From Octopus bimaculoides (taxonomy: Eukaryota): 48,411 nt of DNA. Of this stretch, positions 12,205 to 24,249 are shown piece after piece. The number at the start of each line of letters is the position of its first letter. Position 1 is the stretch's first letter. The notes beneath the pieces were generated by a model, which was not told where the DNA came from, did no database searches, and worked only from the letters and a program-made list of their open reading frames with translations. The stretch is from assembly GCF_001194135.2 (NCBI RefSeq), contig NC_068983.1, positions 3,130,852-3,179,262 on the forward strand, given 5' to 3'. Both the position numbers and the translations under genes were made by a program.

Positions 12205-12590
12205 TACATCGATTACATCGACTCCAGTGTTTGGCGGGGACTTATTTTATCGACATCCCTTCCCCATGAAAAGATGAAAGGCAAAAATAACCTAGGCAGA
12301 ATTTCTACTCAGAACGTGTTGTAATCCTTATGTCGGACTGTTATAACGCCCACTCCGGCTGTATTGTTAGTTAGACAAGTAAAGACCACGACTATCTATG
12401 ACCGTCGACTTAGTACTCTCTCTTTATACTGACACTGACTAACAGTATTTATAACGACCAACACATACCACTCGTCACGTGAAATGGGTGTACCGTTATT
12501 ACTATTATCCCCATAACAGAACATAAAGACGGACAAAATACAGTTAAGTATTTTGTCCGGCGTGCTAACGATTCTGTTAGCTCACTGCCT
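12205..12590 (-). mobile_element. SINE family B pieces (core 12205-12320; head 12520-12590)
   Basis: cgattacatcgactccagtg...atgaaaggcaaa...cagaacg and tttgtccggcgtgctaacgattctgttagctcactgcc. Confidence 0.65.
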
Positions 12591-13239
12591 TTTTTTTTTT
12601 TGTAATATGGTGTCAAAATTTTCTTCTTTTGAAACTGCGACTTCGCCACTGACAAACGTGTGCTGCATGAATGTTTGACTGCTATTTTTAACGGGTCACA
12701 TTACCTATTACAAACTTGCCCTTTTGTTATTAAGGGTTTAGTTTGATTTTGTATATTTATTAATAGTTTTGTGGGTATTTTGTGTTATTTCTTACAATGT
12801 TTGTGTTCTTCTCGGGATGGTCAAAACTCGATATTCTTTTACAAGCGAAAGAAAATCCGCGACAATTAAAAGCTTCTCATCTAAACAAAACAACATTAAA
12901 TAAATTAACAGGAACTCGTCGAGGAATATAGACCATTTCTTGATACTCTAAACTCTAAACGAAAGCATTATGGCTTTTTAAAACTCTTCTCGAATAAACA
13001 TTTCAAAAAAACAACATGGAAACCATGTTTATTACAGTGACATCTGTTTTAAAGGAACCAGTCTAAATAGAGGCACCCACGCTGGGATACCGATATAATG
13101 AAAGAGTAACGATGGAATTTCGATGAAATACGGTTATCATGGCTGATACAGATATCTTTGAGTCAAAGAAAGTAGATTGATTCCATTCTCGTAACCATCT
13201 TGATTCTATTTCCTTAAAATTCGTATATCCGTTTACTTT

Positions 13240-13430
13240 AGTTAGTTGTTTCGATCATTAGACTGAGGCCATGCTGGGGCACCACCATAAAGAGTTTAGT
13301 CGATAAAATTGACCTCACTACAAAATTTTAATCTTGGAATTATTCCTTAATCTATCGATCTCCTTTTTGCCGAACCGCTAGAAATGTGACGAAAGCAAAC
13401 ACCAGTTATCGAGCGATGAAAAACAAAAGC
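13240..13430 (-). mobile_element. Degenerate SINE family A tail module
   Basis: gactgaggccatgctggggcaccacc...tttagtcga...gccgaaccgcta. Confidence 0.7.
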
Positions 13431-13619
13431 GCGCACACATGCATACATATAACATCTGTACATACGCGTGTGTGTGCACGTGTGCCTCTGTGTGCGTGTG
13501 TGAGCGCGAATGTGTAAATGTAGGTCAAACGAATGTGGAAATGTAGGTCAAACGGTTAAAGAATTGAAAACATACCTTTGTAGACGTGTACACGCTGATA
13601 CACTCACACACATACATGA

Positions 13620-13998
13620 CCAGTATTAAACAGTTTCCCAATCTACAAAGTCTCACAGACAAAGCAAACAATATTTATGAAACTAACATTTCCACACATT
13701 CACGACTCCTCACAAGCGCCACTACCGAAACATACAAGAAAACCCCTAAATCCACATACAATGACATACACACAGAAGCAAAGGAGCTGGCGACCCTGCT
13801 TGAGGTAGAGGACCACGTGGAGTGCCTCGCAACGCGGACCCCCCATCCATTTCACTTAAGGACCATACGCCTAATTTCCATTCCTACTCCAAATCCCGGC
13901 TGATCAACCCCTCTAAAAGCGAGATGGGTACCATTAGCAAGCGTATTCTTGATACTATCAACTCTGACATCAGAAGAGCTACAGGATTGACTCAATGG
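13620..13998 (+). mobile_element. Penelope-like element fragment: N-terminal part of RT
   Basis: DKANNIYE..HSRLLTSATTETYKKT..IHTEAKELATLLEVEDHVE, then after a frameshift ISLKDHTPNF...SRLINPSKSEMGTISKRILDTINSDIRRATGLTQW. This matches the PLE pattern ITLKDHK.NF..RLINP.KSE.G.ISK.ILD.IN..IR....LNQW. Confidence 0.88.
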
Positions 13999-14297
13999 AT
14001 GTGTGCGTGGGCGTACATGTGCGCCGGTGCGCGCCCATATACATGTGCACCCGTGCATGTGCATTTATGTACACGTGCACACTTGTGTGTGCGAATACTT
14101 GTGCTCGTGCGCATATGTACATGGAGATAAAGGTGTGCACGCGTATGTGTGTGTGTGTGTGTGTCTGTGTGCGTGTGTGTGTATATATGTGTGCGCACAT
14201 GTGTGTACATGTGTGTCTCCGTGTGTGCGCGAATGTGTAAATGTACATCTGAGCACACATGCACATTCGTATAAGTTCGGATGCTACACGCAGATTA

Positions 14298-14380
14298 CGG
14301 CTGGCTGGCAGAATCAGTAGCGCGCCGAGCGAAATGCTTAGCGGTGTTTCGTCTGCCATTACGTTCTGAGTTCAAATTCC
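14298..14380 (+). mobile_element. SINE family B head only
   Basis: ggctggcagaatcagtagcgcgccgagcgaaatgcttagcggtgtttcgtctgccattacgttctgagttcaaattcc. Confidence 0.8.
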
Positions 14381-14928
14381 ACATACACACATACATACAT
14401 ACATGCATGCATACATGCATACTGTTACGAAAAAAAAATTATATTCATATAATTTCTCATCCGTACGACGTGAATTAGAACACCACTCTCTGGTTTTGCA
14501 AGCGAAGACGAAAAAAATTAACTCTGTGGTCACGTGACTGTTTAAAGCGTAGGCGGTTTGATTTTGGCTCGCTTTTAAGGTGTAAGCGAAGAAAAACTAC
14601 TATTGTCCACGTGGTGAGTTAATTCGGGTTGAATGACGATGTACGACTTGATGAAAGTCGACGTGAGCGGGTTTTTATGTACTAGCCGGTGCCATGCGAT
14701 CGCTGTTTTGAACTGGTTGCGAAAATAGTGAACTTGTCAACGTAAAGAAGGTGGAATGGTATTGTGAATTTAGAAGTAACAAGAGTCCAGTCAAAAAAGG
14801 AAGATGAAGAGCTCACCGAAAGAAGTCATCACATTTCAGAGGTAAATGAAAGAACTCTCTAAAATCTCTCTAAACAACTGTTTTTTTTTTAATTCCATAA
14901 ATGTTATTGGCCTCAAAAATTTCTTGTA

Positions 14929-15151
14929 TTAAAACCCCAAATTAAATCGCCGAAAAACTGAGATATAAGACGGAAGATATAAAACAGGAGACAAACTTAA
15001 GCAGGCCAAACGGTTAAAGAATTCAAAACATACCTTTGTAGATAATGTTACTCAGATATTCGTGTACCTAGGTTGCGGAATTCTGGCCCTCTGGGCCTCA
15101 ATTCTTCATCAGCCCGGCTCAGTTTTTCGGCGGTTTAATTTGGGGTTTTAA
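14929..15151. mobile_element. Short foldback/MITE-like element with 34-bp inverted ends
   Basis: ttaaaaccccaaattaaatcgccgaaaaactgag (14929-14962) and ctcagtttttcggcggtttaatttggggttttaa (15118-15151) are inverted repeats with 1 mismatch. Confidence 0.85.
15061..15117 (-). ncRNA. Degenerate minimal type I hammerhead-like motif
   Basis: Minus strand: ccggg CTGATGA a gaatt-ga-ggccc-aga-gggcc-ag-aattc c GCA ACCTAGGT A cacg. Helix III is palindromic, GAAA has become GCAA, and helix I is imperfect. Confidence 0.45.
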
Positions 15152-15442
15152 CTCCTATTTCTAACGGATATGGCGCATGAACGCCCTGATGCTTAACGCT
15201 AATTTTAAGATTTTATAGCTATTTAACGCTATTCGATACCTGTTAACCGTCTATATTGTTGTTGCTGATATTATCGATTACTTATATTTACCGTATGAAT
15301 ATTCAAGTTTGAATGTTTTATTCATATATATATACATATGGGAGTTTAGTTCACAGGTGATCTAAACGATTAGGTAAGTGCTGTAATTCATTACTGGAGT
15401 TATGGAGCCATTGCAGATTTCCGATACATAATAGTTAAACAA

Positions 15443-15775
15443 GACGTCAAACATTAAAGCAAGACAATATCTGGATCTTTTCCCTTTGAACGGCTGATCA
15501 AGAAATTAATTTTTGTAACTAAACACTTTCAAACTTCGGACACTGGAAGAATGTATCATATAAAACATCTTTTACTCTTAATGTTGTTGAGAAAAGTCTA
15601 TATTTTCAAAGTTATTTCGTGTTAAAGTAGTCGTATTTCGGTAATTTCAACCAATCAAAGACGTGTATTCAGCTGAATAGATTTACTGCCGTTGTTTGTC
15701 AACAACTTCTAATTTCTTTCTATAATAATATTGTATATGACTTGAGATATTTGCCTTGCCTTAATGTTTGACGTC
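15443..15775. mobile_element. MITE-like element with ~30-bp terminal inverted repeats
   Basis: gacgtcaaacattaaagcaagacaatatct (15443-15472) versus agatatttgccttgccttaatgtttgacgtc (15745-15775). Confidence 0.7.
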
Positions 15776-16776
15776 CTGCCTGTCTCGTTTCTTTCTTTCG
15801 TTGTTCAAAAAAAAGTTCGTTTTCTATGTTTTTGTTTTTTTATGTTCTCGCTTCTCATTCTGTCTACGTTTTTTTTTATGTCCTGTATCCATATATGCAT
15901 GTATATACATATATATGTAGGTATTTACATCCATATATGTATGTATATATGCATATGTATATATGCATATNNNNNNNNNNNNNNNNNNNNNNNNNNNNNN
16001 NNNNNNNNNNNNNNNNNNNNNNNNNNNNNNNNNNNNNNNNNNNNNNNNNNNNNNNNNNNNNNNNNNNNNNNNNNNNNNNNNNNNNNNNNNNNNNNNNNNN
16101 NNNNNNNNNNNNNNNNNNNNNNNNNNNNNNNNNNNNNNNNNNNNNNNNNNNNNNNNNNNNNNNNNNNNNNNNNNNNNNNNNNNNNNNNNNNNNNNNNNNN
16201 NNNNNNNNNNNNNNNNNNNNNNNNNNNNNNTATATGTATGTATATATACTATGTATATATAGATCACAGTGTATGTATAATGACTAACGCATACATTTCC
16301 ACAATTCTCAACCGATTTTCAAACTTTATATGCACCTTATGTCCCAAGGATGGTCATGCACTGTAACATTTTTCTCAGAGCGCCCGCGTAAATGGATGTA
16401 CATGGACATAGTTTTTTGTGTGTAAGGTCTTCCATACCTTTTTAATCTTTTTATTAAAGTGAAAGGATTTTGTCCATTTATTTATTTCCACTATCTACCA
16501 GCGACGGTGATTAAATTGACTAGGAGCACTAGGCTTTGTTAATAAATGCTTAAAGGAGAATCTGAATAAACTGGAATTTTCAGAAAGAGAAATCGACCGG
16601 CTAATTCGTACATTACAAGTGCAATCTATGAGTGGAACAGTAAAAATATTCAAGACTTTTCTCGAGTCCTAAATGTGAATTTTTCTGTTAACTACATCCC
16701 AAAGATGGAGCCTTAGATCTAGGCTAGAAACCAGCTCTTGCTCTACTGGCAAGAAATCTTAAAATAAAACTTAATA

Positions 16777-16941
16777 AGACGCAGTCGTGACTGTGTAGTA
16801 AGAAGCTTGCTTCCCAACCACATGGCTCTGGGTTCAGTCCCACTGCGTGGCACCTTAGGCAAGTGTCTTCTACTATAGTTTCGCGCCAACCAAAGCCTTG
16901 TGAGTGGATTTGATTGACGGAAACTGAAAGAAGCCCGTCGA

Positions 16942-16991
<50 letters not shown>

Positions 16992-17177
16992 GTGTGTCTA
17001 CCATCACTTGACAACCGATGTTGGTGTGTTTACGTCTCCATAACTTAGCAGTTCGGCAAAGAGACCGATAGAATAAGTACTAGGCTTACAAAGAATAAGT
17101 CCTGGAGTCGATTTGTTCGACTAAAGGCAGTGCTCCAGCATGGCCGCACTCAAATGACTGAAACGAGAAAAAGAATA
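16777..17177 (+). mobile_element. Full-length composite SINE family A (tRNA-like head, internal microsatellite, tail)
   Basis: Head gactgtgtagtaagaagcttgcttcccaaccacatgg..gggttcagtcccactgc (A/B-box like), body ending gaagcccgtcg, (TA)n(TG)n at 16941-16998, then the tail module. Confidence 0.9.
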
Positions 17178-17618
17178 ACATACATACATACATGCATGCA
17201 TACGATAGTTAATTATGATGTAAGACCGCGTTTGTAGATGTACCCGTAAGTAAATAACGTTGATGCGGTGCGTATAACCCTTTCAGACGACATGTCTGGC
17301 AAGTGAAGGATTGCAACACTGACCCAGACTGGCATGATGTACAGTGAGACACACAGACAGACATACAAAAAGACTGGCAGAGCTACCCATGTATTCCTAG
17401 TCGAGACTTTACACCAGTGATTATCAAGAACACGACATCTGCTGGTGTAGTTGGGTGTGGCAAGAAATGAACGAGGAAAGACGCTCTTTGGTGCAGAAGT
17501 CTCAAAAATTATTCATATATACATTATTCATATACATTAGCATTAATATTTTCTCATAATATTTCATATACTTATCCTGCATTACATCATTTTCTTCATT
17601 TATGAACACATATTTATT

Positions 17619-17767
17619 AAAAATTACTATTTTTAAATCTCACAACGAGAGATATTCAGCAACAGTACTTTGGAGTAAGGATTGTTTGCCAACATAACAT
17701 GGCAGTCCTGGTTAGGACAAATTTAGTCCCAGGAGAAATCGTCTCCAGCTTGCTATACGACATGATC
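17619..17767 (-). repeat. Partial copy of the foldback element at 26144-26410
   Basis: Reverse complement of about 26255-26408 (aaattactatttttaaatctcacaacgagagatattcagcaacagtactttggag...tttgccaacataacatggcagtcctggtt). Confidence 0.85.
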
Positions 17768-17789
17768 ATACACACACACACACACACAT

Positions 17790-18840
17790 ATATAAAACTT
17801 AGGTTTCGACCAAAGATTACTCCAAGCCATGTCTAACTTAATAGCACCACCTGGTTGGATTATCTAAATCCTTTCTAAGTCAATTTTTGTGGTATCAAAG
17901 TCCATTCGACTAGGGAGTTCTTGTTGAATGAGTTGTATCCAGGTATGTGTCTCATCTGGTATTCCTTGGAGAAATTTGTCCAGATTCCGTTTAAAGGTGA
18001 TGGGATCCTTTACCTCTTTGATATGTTTCGGGACAATGTTAAATAGGGCAGGACCTGTTGAGGAAAAGAAATTTTGCTGCAGTGTATTTATGTGTTGTGA
18101 TCCTGAATTGAGTAGGGGACGGATGGCCCGTGGACCTAGACTTGGATGAAGGCTAACGTTGAGGTTGTTTGGGAAATGCTGGCGGTATATTCTCCACATC
18201 GTGCAAATGATGTATCGCTCGCAGCGGCGCTGGAGAGGATAGTTTCAATGCTTTAAGGCGGTCTCAGTAATCGAGATCAGGCATGCCCTTCATTCGTTTA
18301 GTGAATGACCTCTGGGGTGATTCAATTTTCGAAACTTTTTTTTTTTTTTGTATAGAGAGACCACAGGTGACAGCAGTATTCGCGGTGTGGCCGTATAAAA
18401 GAGGAGAAAAGTGGAATGATGACACCTTGTTCTCTGGACCGGAAGGTTCTTAGGATCCAGGAGCTCATCCTACAAGCTATGTCGACCTTATTGTTGATGT
18501 GGGCTCACCAACTAAGATTATTATCGACAATTACTCCCAGGTCTCTGATATTATTATATGCTGTGAGAGGTTTCTGTAAAGAGAGTATGGCTGTTTTAGC
18601 ATAGTCTTTTTCCCAAAATGCATCAGCTCAAATTTTCCTTTGGTTATTTTGTTATTGTCTGCCCATTGACACACCGCATGTAGATCAGACTGGAGTTGAG
18701 TTCGGTCTTCTTCTTCATTGAGAATTTTCTGGAGCTTAGAGTCATCAGCAAATATTTTCACTTTGCTGTGTTTTATGACGCTGGAAAGGTTGTTTACATA
18801 GACTACAAAAGGGAGCGGGTCCAAGACAGTCCCCTGAAGT
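17790..18840 (-). mobile_element. CR1-clade LINE, 5'-truncated 3' end (RT core to C-terminus), pseudogenised
   Basis: GTVLDPLPFVVYVNNL..KIFADDSKL (QG.VLGP and YADD motifs), LQSDLHAVCQWA, FIRPHREYCCHLWS, QRSFTKRMKGM..LDY*DRLKAL.., TGPALFNIVP and FKRNLDKFL. Stops and frameshifts are present. Confidence 0.92.
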
Positions 18841-18857
18841 TTTTTGGGTTTTTTTCC

Positions 18858-19230
18858 AGCATGGCTGTATGGTAAGAAGCTTGTTTTTCAATCACATGGT
18901 TCCGGGTTCAGTCCTACTGCGTGACACCTTGGGCAAGTGTCTGCTGCTACAGCCTCGGGCCGACCAAAGCCTTGTGAGTGGATTTTGTAGATGAAAACTG
19001 AAAGAAGCCCGTCGCATGTTTGTGTTTGTGTCGGTGTTTGCCTCCACCACTATCACTTGACAACCATTGCTGTGTTTACGTCCCGGTCACTTATCGGTTC
19101 GCGAAATGGACCGATAAAATAAGTACTAGGCTTACAAAGAATAAATCGTGGAGGGTCGATTTGTTCGACTAAAGGTGGTGCTCCAGCATGGCCGCAGTCA
19201 TACGACTGAAACAAGTAAAAGAAAAGAATA
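18858..19230 (+). mobile_element. Full-length SINE family A with almost no internal microsatellite
   Basis: Head and tail are both present, joined by a short TG-rich linker; the copy abuts the 5' truncation point of the CR1 fragment. Confidence 0.9.
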
Positions 19231-19625
19231 ATTGGAATAGAAAAAAATTCTAGGAACATTGTGTACAAGTATACGCACACATACACATACACACACATAC
19301 ACACACACACGTTTGAAATAGTAACAAGTACACATGAATTGCCAAAAATATATAATTTAATGGTTGTTTAGATCTGGAAGACTTTTTTCCTTCTTAATCT
19401 AATTTATAACTAAAAATAGATTCTGGAAACTTTCCGTTTAATATTAGAGACGGTTATTTTAATTATAGACTGCTAAGTTTTTTTCCTTTACTTTTTTATT
19501 CTTCCCGTAAAGAATTGTGTAAACACTAGTTTACCTGTTGTATCGAATTACACGGGCAAACTTGGTGAAAATCTTGCGCTACTACTACGATATATACTTA
19601 CTCTCGAAGCACATCGCATTTGAAG

Positions 19626-19938
19626 GCGCGTGGCTTGGTGGTTAACGGTATTCAGCTCGTTAGGTCGTGAGTTCGATTCCAGGCGGCGCGTTGTGTCCTT
19701 GAACAAGACACTTTATTTCACATTTTCCCACTCTATTCAGCTGGCAAAAATCAGTAGTATCAGCATTTCAAAGGGCCAGCCTTGTCACATTCTGGTTCAC
19801 GCTGAATCTCCCTGAGAACTACGGCAAGGGGCACGCGTGCCTCCGGGATGCTCAGTCATGTTCACGTTCATTTCACGAGCAGGCTGTTCCGTTGATCGGA
19901 TCAACTGGAATACTCACCGTCGTAAACGACGGAGAACC
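19626..19938 (+). mobile_element. tRNA-derived SINE, third family
   Basis: ggcgcgtggcttggtggttaacgg (A box)...gagttcgattcc (B box), then gttgtgtccttgaacaagacac core and a unique body. No CCA end or complete cloverleaf. Confidence 0.85.
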
Positions 19939-20882
19939 AGTTATATTTAATTTATAGTTTCAGTTAGGTCATTCTTTTAACTATATCACTGTTTCAACTT
20001 ACCCATTGTTTCAAAATTCTACAGTTTTTATATCACAGCTATCGTACATACTCACCCATCCTACGGCCCTGTACCTCCTTACAAATTTTATTAACCCATT
20101 AACTGCCAAATTTTTTATTCATATTTCTTGGCTTTGCCAGGTGTCTTAGGAGTCAAAATAATATAAAGTATTTAAATTTTTTCATGTGTGAATTATTTTG
20201 GAAATTATGATAAATGTTTCGAAAAGTCCCAGATGGGGAAATAAAGCATATTTATCCTTTTCTATTCAATTGCAATAATAAACATTTTAGTTTCTTTGAA
20301 ACTATAGTATCAAATGCGAATGTGTATGAAATATCAACGAATGATATAATAGATGGGAAATGCAGAAAGAAAAACGTTTTCAAAAGAGTCAATATTTTTG
20401 TAGTCCAAAAATTGCGATTTATGACATAAAATGTCGTCTAGAATTATCCAGAACTAATAATGACAAACTTTAATTATTGAATATTGTTAAACACGCCTCT
20501 TCAAATGCAATGTAAGTAAGCAATTCACTTTAAATACAAGGAACAATCGGGAGTGAGACTGTTTTTAGCAGATCCCCAAATGGGGCTCGTGGCAGGGTTA
20601 AATTCAAGTCTTTGACAATAAAGAAATATTTGGAGTTATTGCCTTCAATTCTAGTGGTTTTAGACAAAAGTGTGATTTTAGGACCCGGTTTCAATATCTA
20701 GTAATAAAGAAATCGCTGTAAGAGGTCTTCAAAAAAGACAATATTATAAAACTTCGTATCTTTTTATTTTATCTTTGAAGTCAGCGTCAAAAGAATTTAT
20801 GGGATTATTAGTATTACTTACCTTGGCTGTCTGTCTTTCTGTAACGTATCTGAAATTCTCATCTCTCTGTCTTTCTCTCTCT

Positions 20883-20916
<34 letters not shown>

Positions 20917-21195
20917 AGTTATGTCTAATATAATTTTCCGGTGGATTGTTACCAAATACAGAATCATAAAGCCTTGAAATTGAATATTTTTATGCCTATC
21001 AAAGGTATCTTTTAACCGCTCTGTTTCCATCCCTAAACATACTGTTAATGACTTTTGCATTGAATTAGTACCACCGAGGCTGCAATGATCTCAGGCTAGC
21101 AAGAACGCTCTTTATTTGATGAATGTTTTGTTAATACAAATTGTCCTTCAGATAAATCTTGCGGTAGATTAGCAGAAGGTTGAGGAGTCACTCAC

Positions 21196-21630
21196 CTGGT
21201 TGATTTCAGGAAATCTGGTATCGCCGGAAGTACGTAGTAATAAGTTTCATAGATAAAAGAAAGATGCTGATGACTTTGAATGTTTAATTCCATTATGAAT
21301 AATTAGGAGCTAAATGCTGTTGTTCATATTGTAGGAGTCACACTTTTCATCCCTACGGCGCGAAATGAACTACCAGAGATACACATCCGAGATACGAAGA
21401 GTACCACAGCGCTGTTTATTTAAGGCAGGCCTGAGTACCTTCTGCTTGCTGAGTGTGGTTCTCGTCTTGGAAGCTGTGGTATCTCCGGCGAGTATGCTCA
21501 CCAGAGGGCGCTGTAAATCGTAGTTCCGGCAGAATCGAGTGTCGCATCCGGCATACAGAAACAAAATAGGCTCCTAAGAAGAGTGCACTCTTCCAGCCAC
21601 GTCGGCAATGGAGGTTTGCGATTGGCTAAA
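21196..21630 (-). promoter_or_regulatory. Candidate CpG-rich promoter or regulatory element
   Basis: Locally CpG-rich and repeat-free. Contains a CTCF-like 19-mer at 21495-21513 (15/19 to TGGCCACCAGGGGGCGCTA), an ETS-like CCGGAAGT at 21224-21231, a CCAAT box (attgg, about 21621) and a minus-strand donor CAG|GTGAGT at 21196. Confidence 0.35.
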
Positions 21631-21849
21631 ATTGCGTAACTTTAAGTACTTCAAACTTTGAGAAGTTTCTCTCGAAATAAAAAAGAAAAGGTAATTTGGT
21701 TTTCGTTAATAGCATGTAAAACTAAATTAAACTTTGTGTGTTTTTTTTTTAATTCATCCTGTGAAAATTTGAAATACTTCAAGTGATTGAAAACAAATTA
21801 AATAAGACACAAGATCGATTGTCTCAGTATGTGACTTAACGGAAACACA

Positions 21850-21942
21850 TAAGTCTGGGGGTCGATCTCTTCGATTAAAGACCCTTCAAGGTGGTGCCCT
21901 AGCATGGCTGTAGTCCACTGATTGAAGTAAAATAAGATAAAA
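21850..21942 (+). mobile_element. SINE family A tail, distal part
   Basis: gggtcgatctcttcgattaaagacccttcaaggtggtgccctagcatggctgtagtc. Confidence 0.7.
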
Positions 21943-22099
21943 GGTATGTCTGGTTAGTGGTTAAGTGTGCAGAAAAGGGGTTCAGTGTGCAGAAAATGGA
22001 TGCAACACTGATGTCCGAGGTGGGGGCAGGGGTTACAATGGCATCAAAATGTGGTCCTTTAATGAAGAAATAGTCTTTTAATTTCGATAGTGATTGGTG

Positions 22100-23050
22100 T
22101 TGTTGTTAAGCCCAGGGTCGGTCCTTATCGAGCAATATGATCAAAGACGTTACACTTGTGACCATCTGTTAATCATTGAGCCGCCAGGAATCCATTATCC
22201 AATGCGTCATTCTCATTTTAAGATAGCAGGGTGTTATTTGAGTGAAATTTGGCTGCTATATCTAGCAGGTTTAATGTGTGGAAGTGGGCTTCTGTGGGTC
22301 TGCAATGCATTTTGTGATTATGAGGATTATGTGGTCTTTGATATTTGCTTTTGTTAGAATAACCTTTTAACAAGCCCTCATTTAATATCCCTGGGCATGG
22401 CTGAGCGTCTTTCATCATGAAAGACGCGCCAACCATGCCCATCTTCACTTTGTTCCTGAGTACAATGTATTTAGAATTACCTTATTTAGTGCGTTGCTTT
22501 CAATGTATTTCGGTTTTACGATGTGTGATTTGACGAAGGTTTGGCTGTTATTTCTAGCAAGCTAAGAGAGAACACAGTGGTTCCTTTGTTTATATGTTTT
22601 ATGTTGTTATTTAATGTAAATTTAGCCCCATGCAGGACAGGCAGGACAGGCAGAACCATCTAGGGATCCTCTACACTGTCAGTCGATCAGCTAGAACTAA
22701 TAGTCAAATCTACCTCAAATTACTCCCTTCTCACTGAATACGGAAAATATCATTTGATATTACATATTTGGAAATTAGATGGAAAGGTCACGGCTGAAAC
22801 GTCGTTTGGACAACAGAATGTCGAATGAGAAAAAAATGCCGAAATCAACATAAAAATGTGGAAAAATAGAAATTTAAATGTTTTGTCATAAAATGCTGCT
22901 GCGGCTGCTGCTGCTGCTATTTGGCCCTAGTTGAGATCATCCCGTCACATAAGTGTTTCTAAAACTACATTATTTAATGTATCCTTCCTGTTTTGAGACA
23001 ATGGGATTTAAAGTAGAATTGGCTGCTATTTCTTGGAGGTCGAAGGACTA
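22100..23050. repeat. Cluster of degenerate copies of a dispersed repeat (family C: ttagcccc.ggtc...atccaatg...atttggctgctatttctagcagg)
   Basis: Pieces at 22100-22270 (+), 22690-22810 (-) and 22920-23050 (+). The same motif occurs at 35690-35870, 36990-37025, 42895-43000 and 47650-47770. Confidence 0.6.
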
Positions 23051-23504
23051 CGTTCAGCAACACCCGCCCCCCCCATCCCTACCCTCCACTTCCTTGTTAA
23101 TACTGTTTATGTCATGAAGGGTACGTGCGGTCAACCAGTACACGACCCCACCACCACCACCACCACCACTATAATTTAACTCCCCATGATCTTCTGTGTA
23201 TAATTACTGTACTTTCGGGACCCATTTCCTGGTCCCTTTAACATCAACACTGGTTCAGGCTCTCCTCTCTCTTCCTCCCACGACCAGCACCATCCCTCCA
23301 AATGGGCAACCCTCTCTTCTTTCACACATGGCTAGCCTGCACTATATCATGGCTTTGTGTTGTGACTAACAGCCATACAATCACACCGGCTGAACACTGT
23401 TTCTCTCTTAACATCCAGCGCTGCTGCTTCAAATATCATTCCTTTACAACATTGTTTTATTTCTAAGTACACACACACACACACGCATTATGAAGCGACG
23501 AACA

Positions 23505-23705
23505 GACAGAATCGTCAGCGCGTCACACAAAATGCTTGGCAGCAGATCTTCCGGCTTTGTTTGAATCCAAATTCCGACGAGGTCAATTTTACTTTTGAGC
23601 TTTTTGGGTTCGACAAAATGAAGTTGTAGTCAAGTACTGGAGTCGATGTAATCGACTTGACCCCTTCGCCCCACCCCCTAAAAAAATTGCTATCCTTGAA
23701 CCCTA
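23505..23705 (+). mobile_element. Degenerate SINE family B
   Basis: cagaatcgtcagcgcg..aaaatgcttgg...ccaaattccgacgaggtcaa...gtcgatgtaatcgactt. Confidence 0.7.
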
Positions 23706-24249
23706 CAACAGATGGACGCCTTGTTGAAAAGAAAGTGATTTCGGCCACTTAGTTGCCATGGAAACCGGGTAATCTAGGACACACAAACACACACACGGAT
23801 TAAACATTCACTAGTGAGAAAGCTTAAATGATTTAAAGGGACGAGAAGACGACTCTATCGATCTTTAATATTAGTATATATCAATACAGTGGAACTTCGG
23901 TTACGGTGTCTCCAGTAACGAACACGCAACAGTTGGCGACAGTTGGTAGCCATGCTGGTGGATTCCTAATGATCTGGTGGAGTTTTAAGTCTGTTCACAA
24001 CCGGAGGTAAAATAGTGGCGCCATCTAAGCCATTCCTTCACCTTTAACACTGCATCGTTCGGTTTATGTGAATGATGTAAGATTTATTTAATGTTTCGTT
24101 ATTTTTCCTTTTCAATAAATTTTTATATGCAAAGAGAAAGGAACACTTCCATCATATTGCTTTCATTTGCTCCTCTCTCGAAAATCCCTATATGGGGGTG
24201 GGGGGGGGTGATAGACAAGGTTTTTGTATGGGATTAAGGTACAAGAGTG

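Noticed and set aside
19626-19690. Possible tRNA gene
   Set aside because: It has A and B boxes but no complete cloverleaf and continues into a SINE body; the same applies to the family A and B heads.
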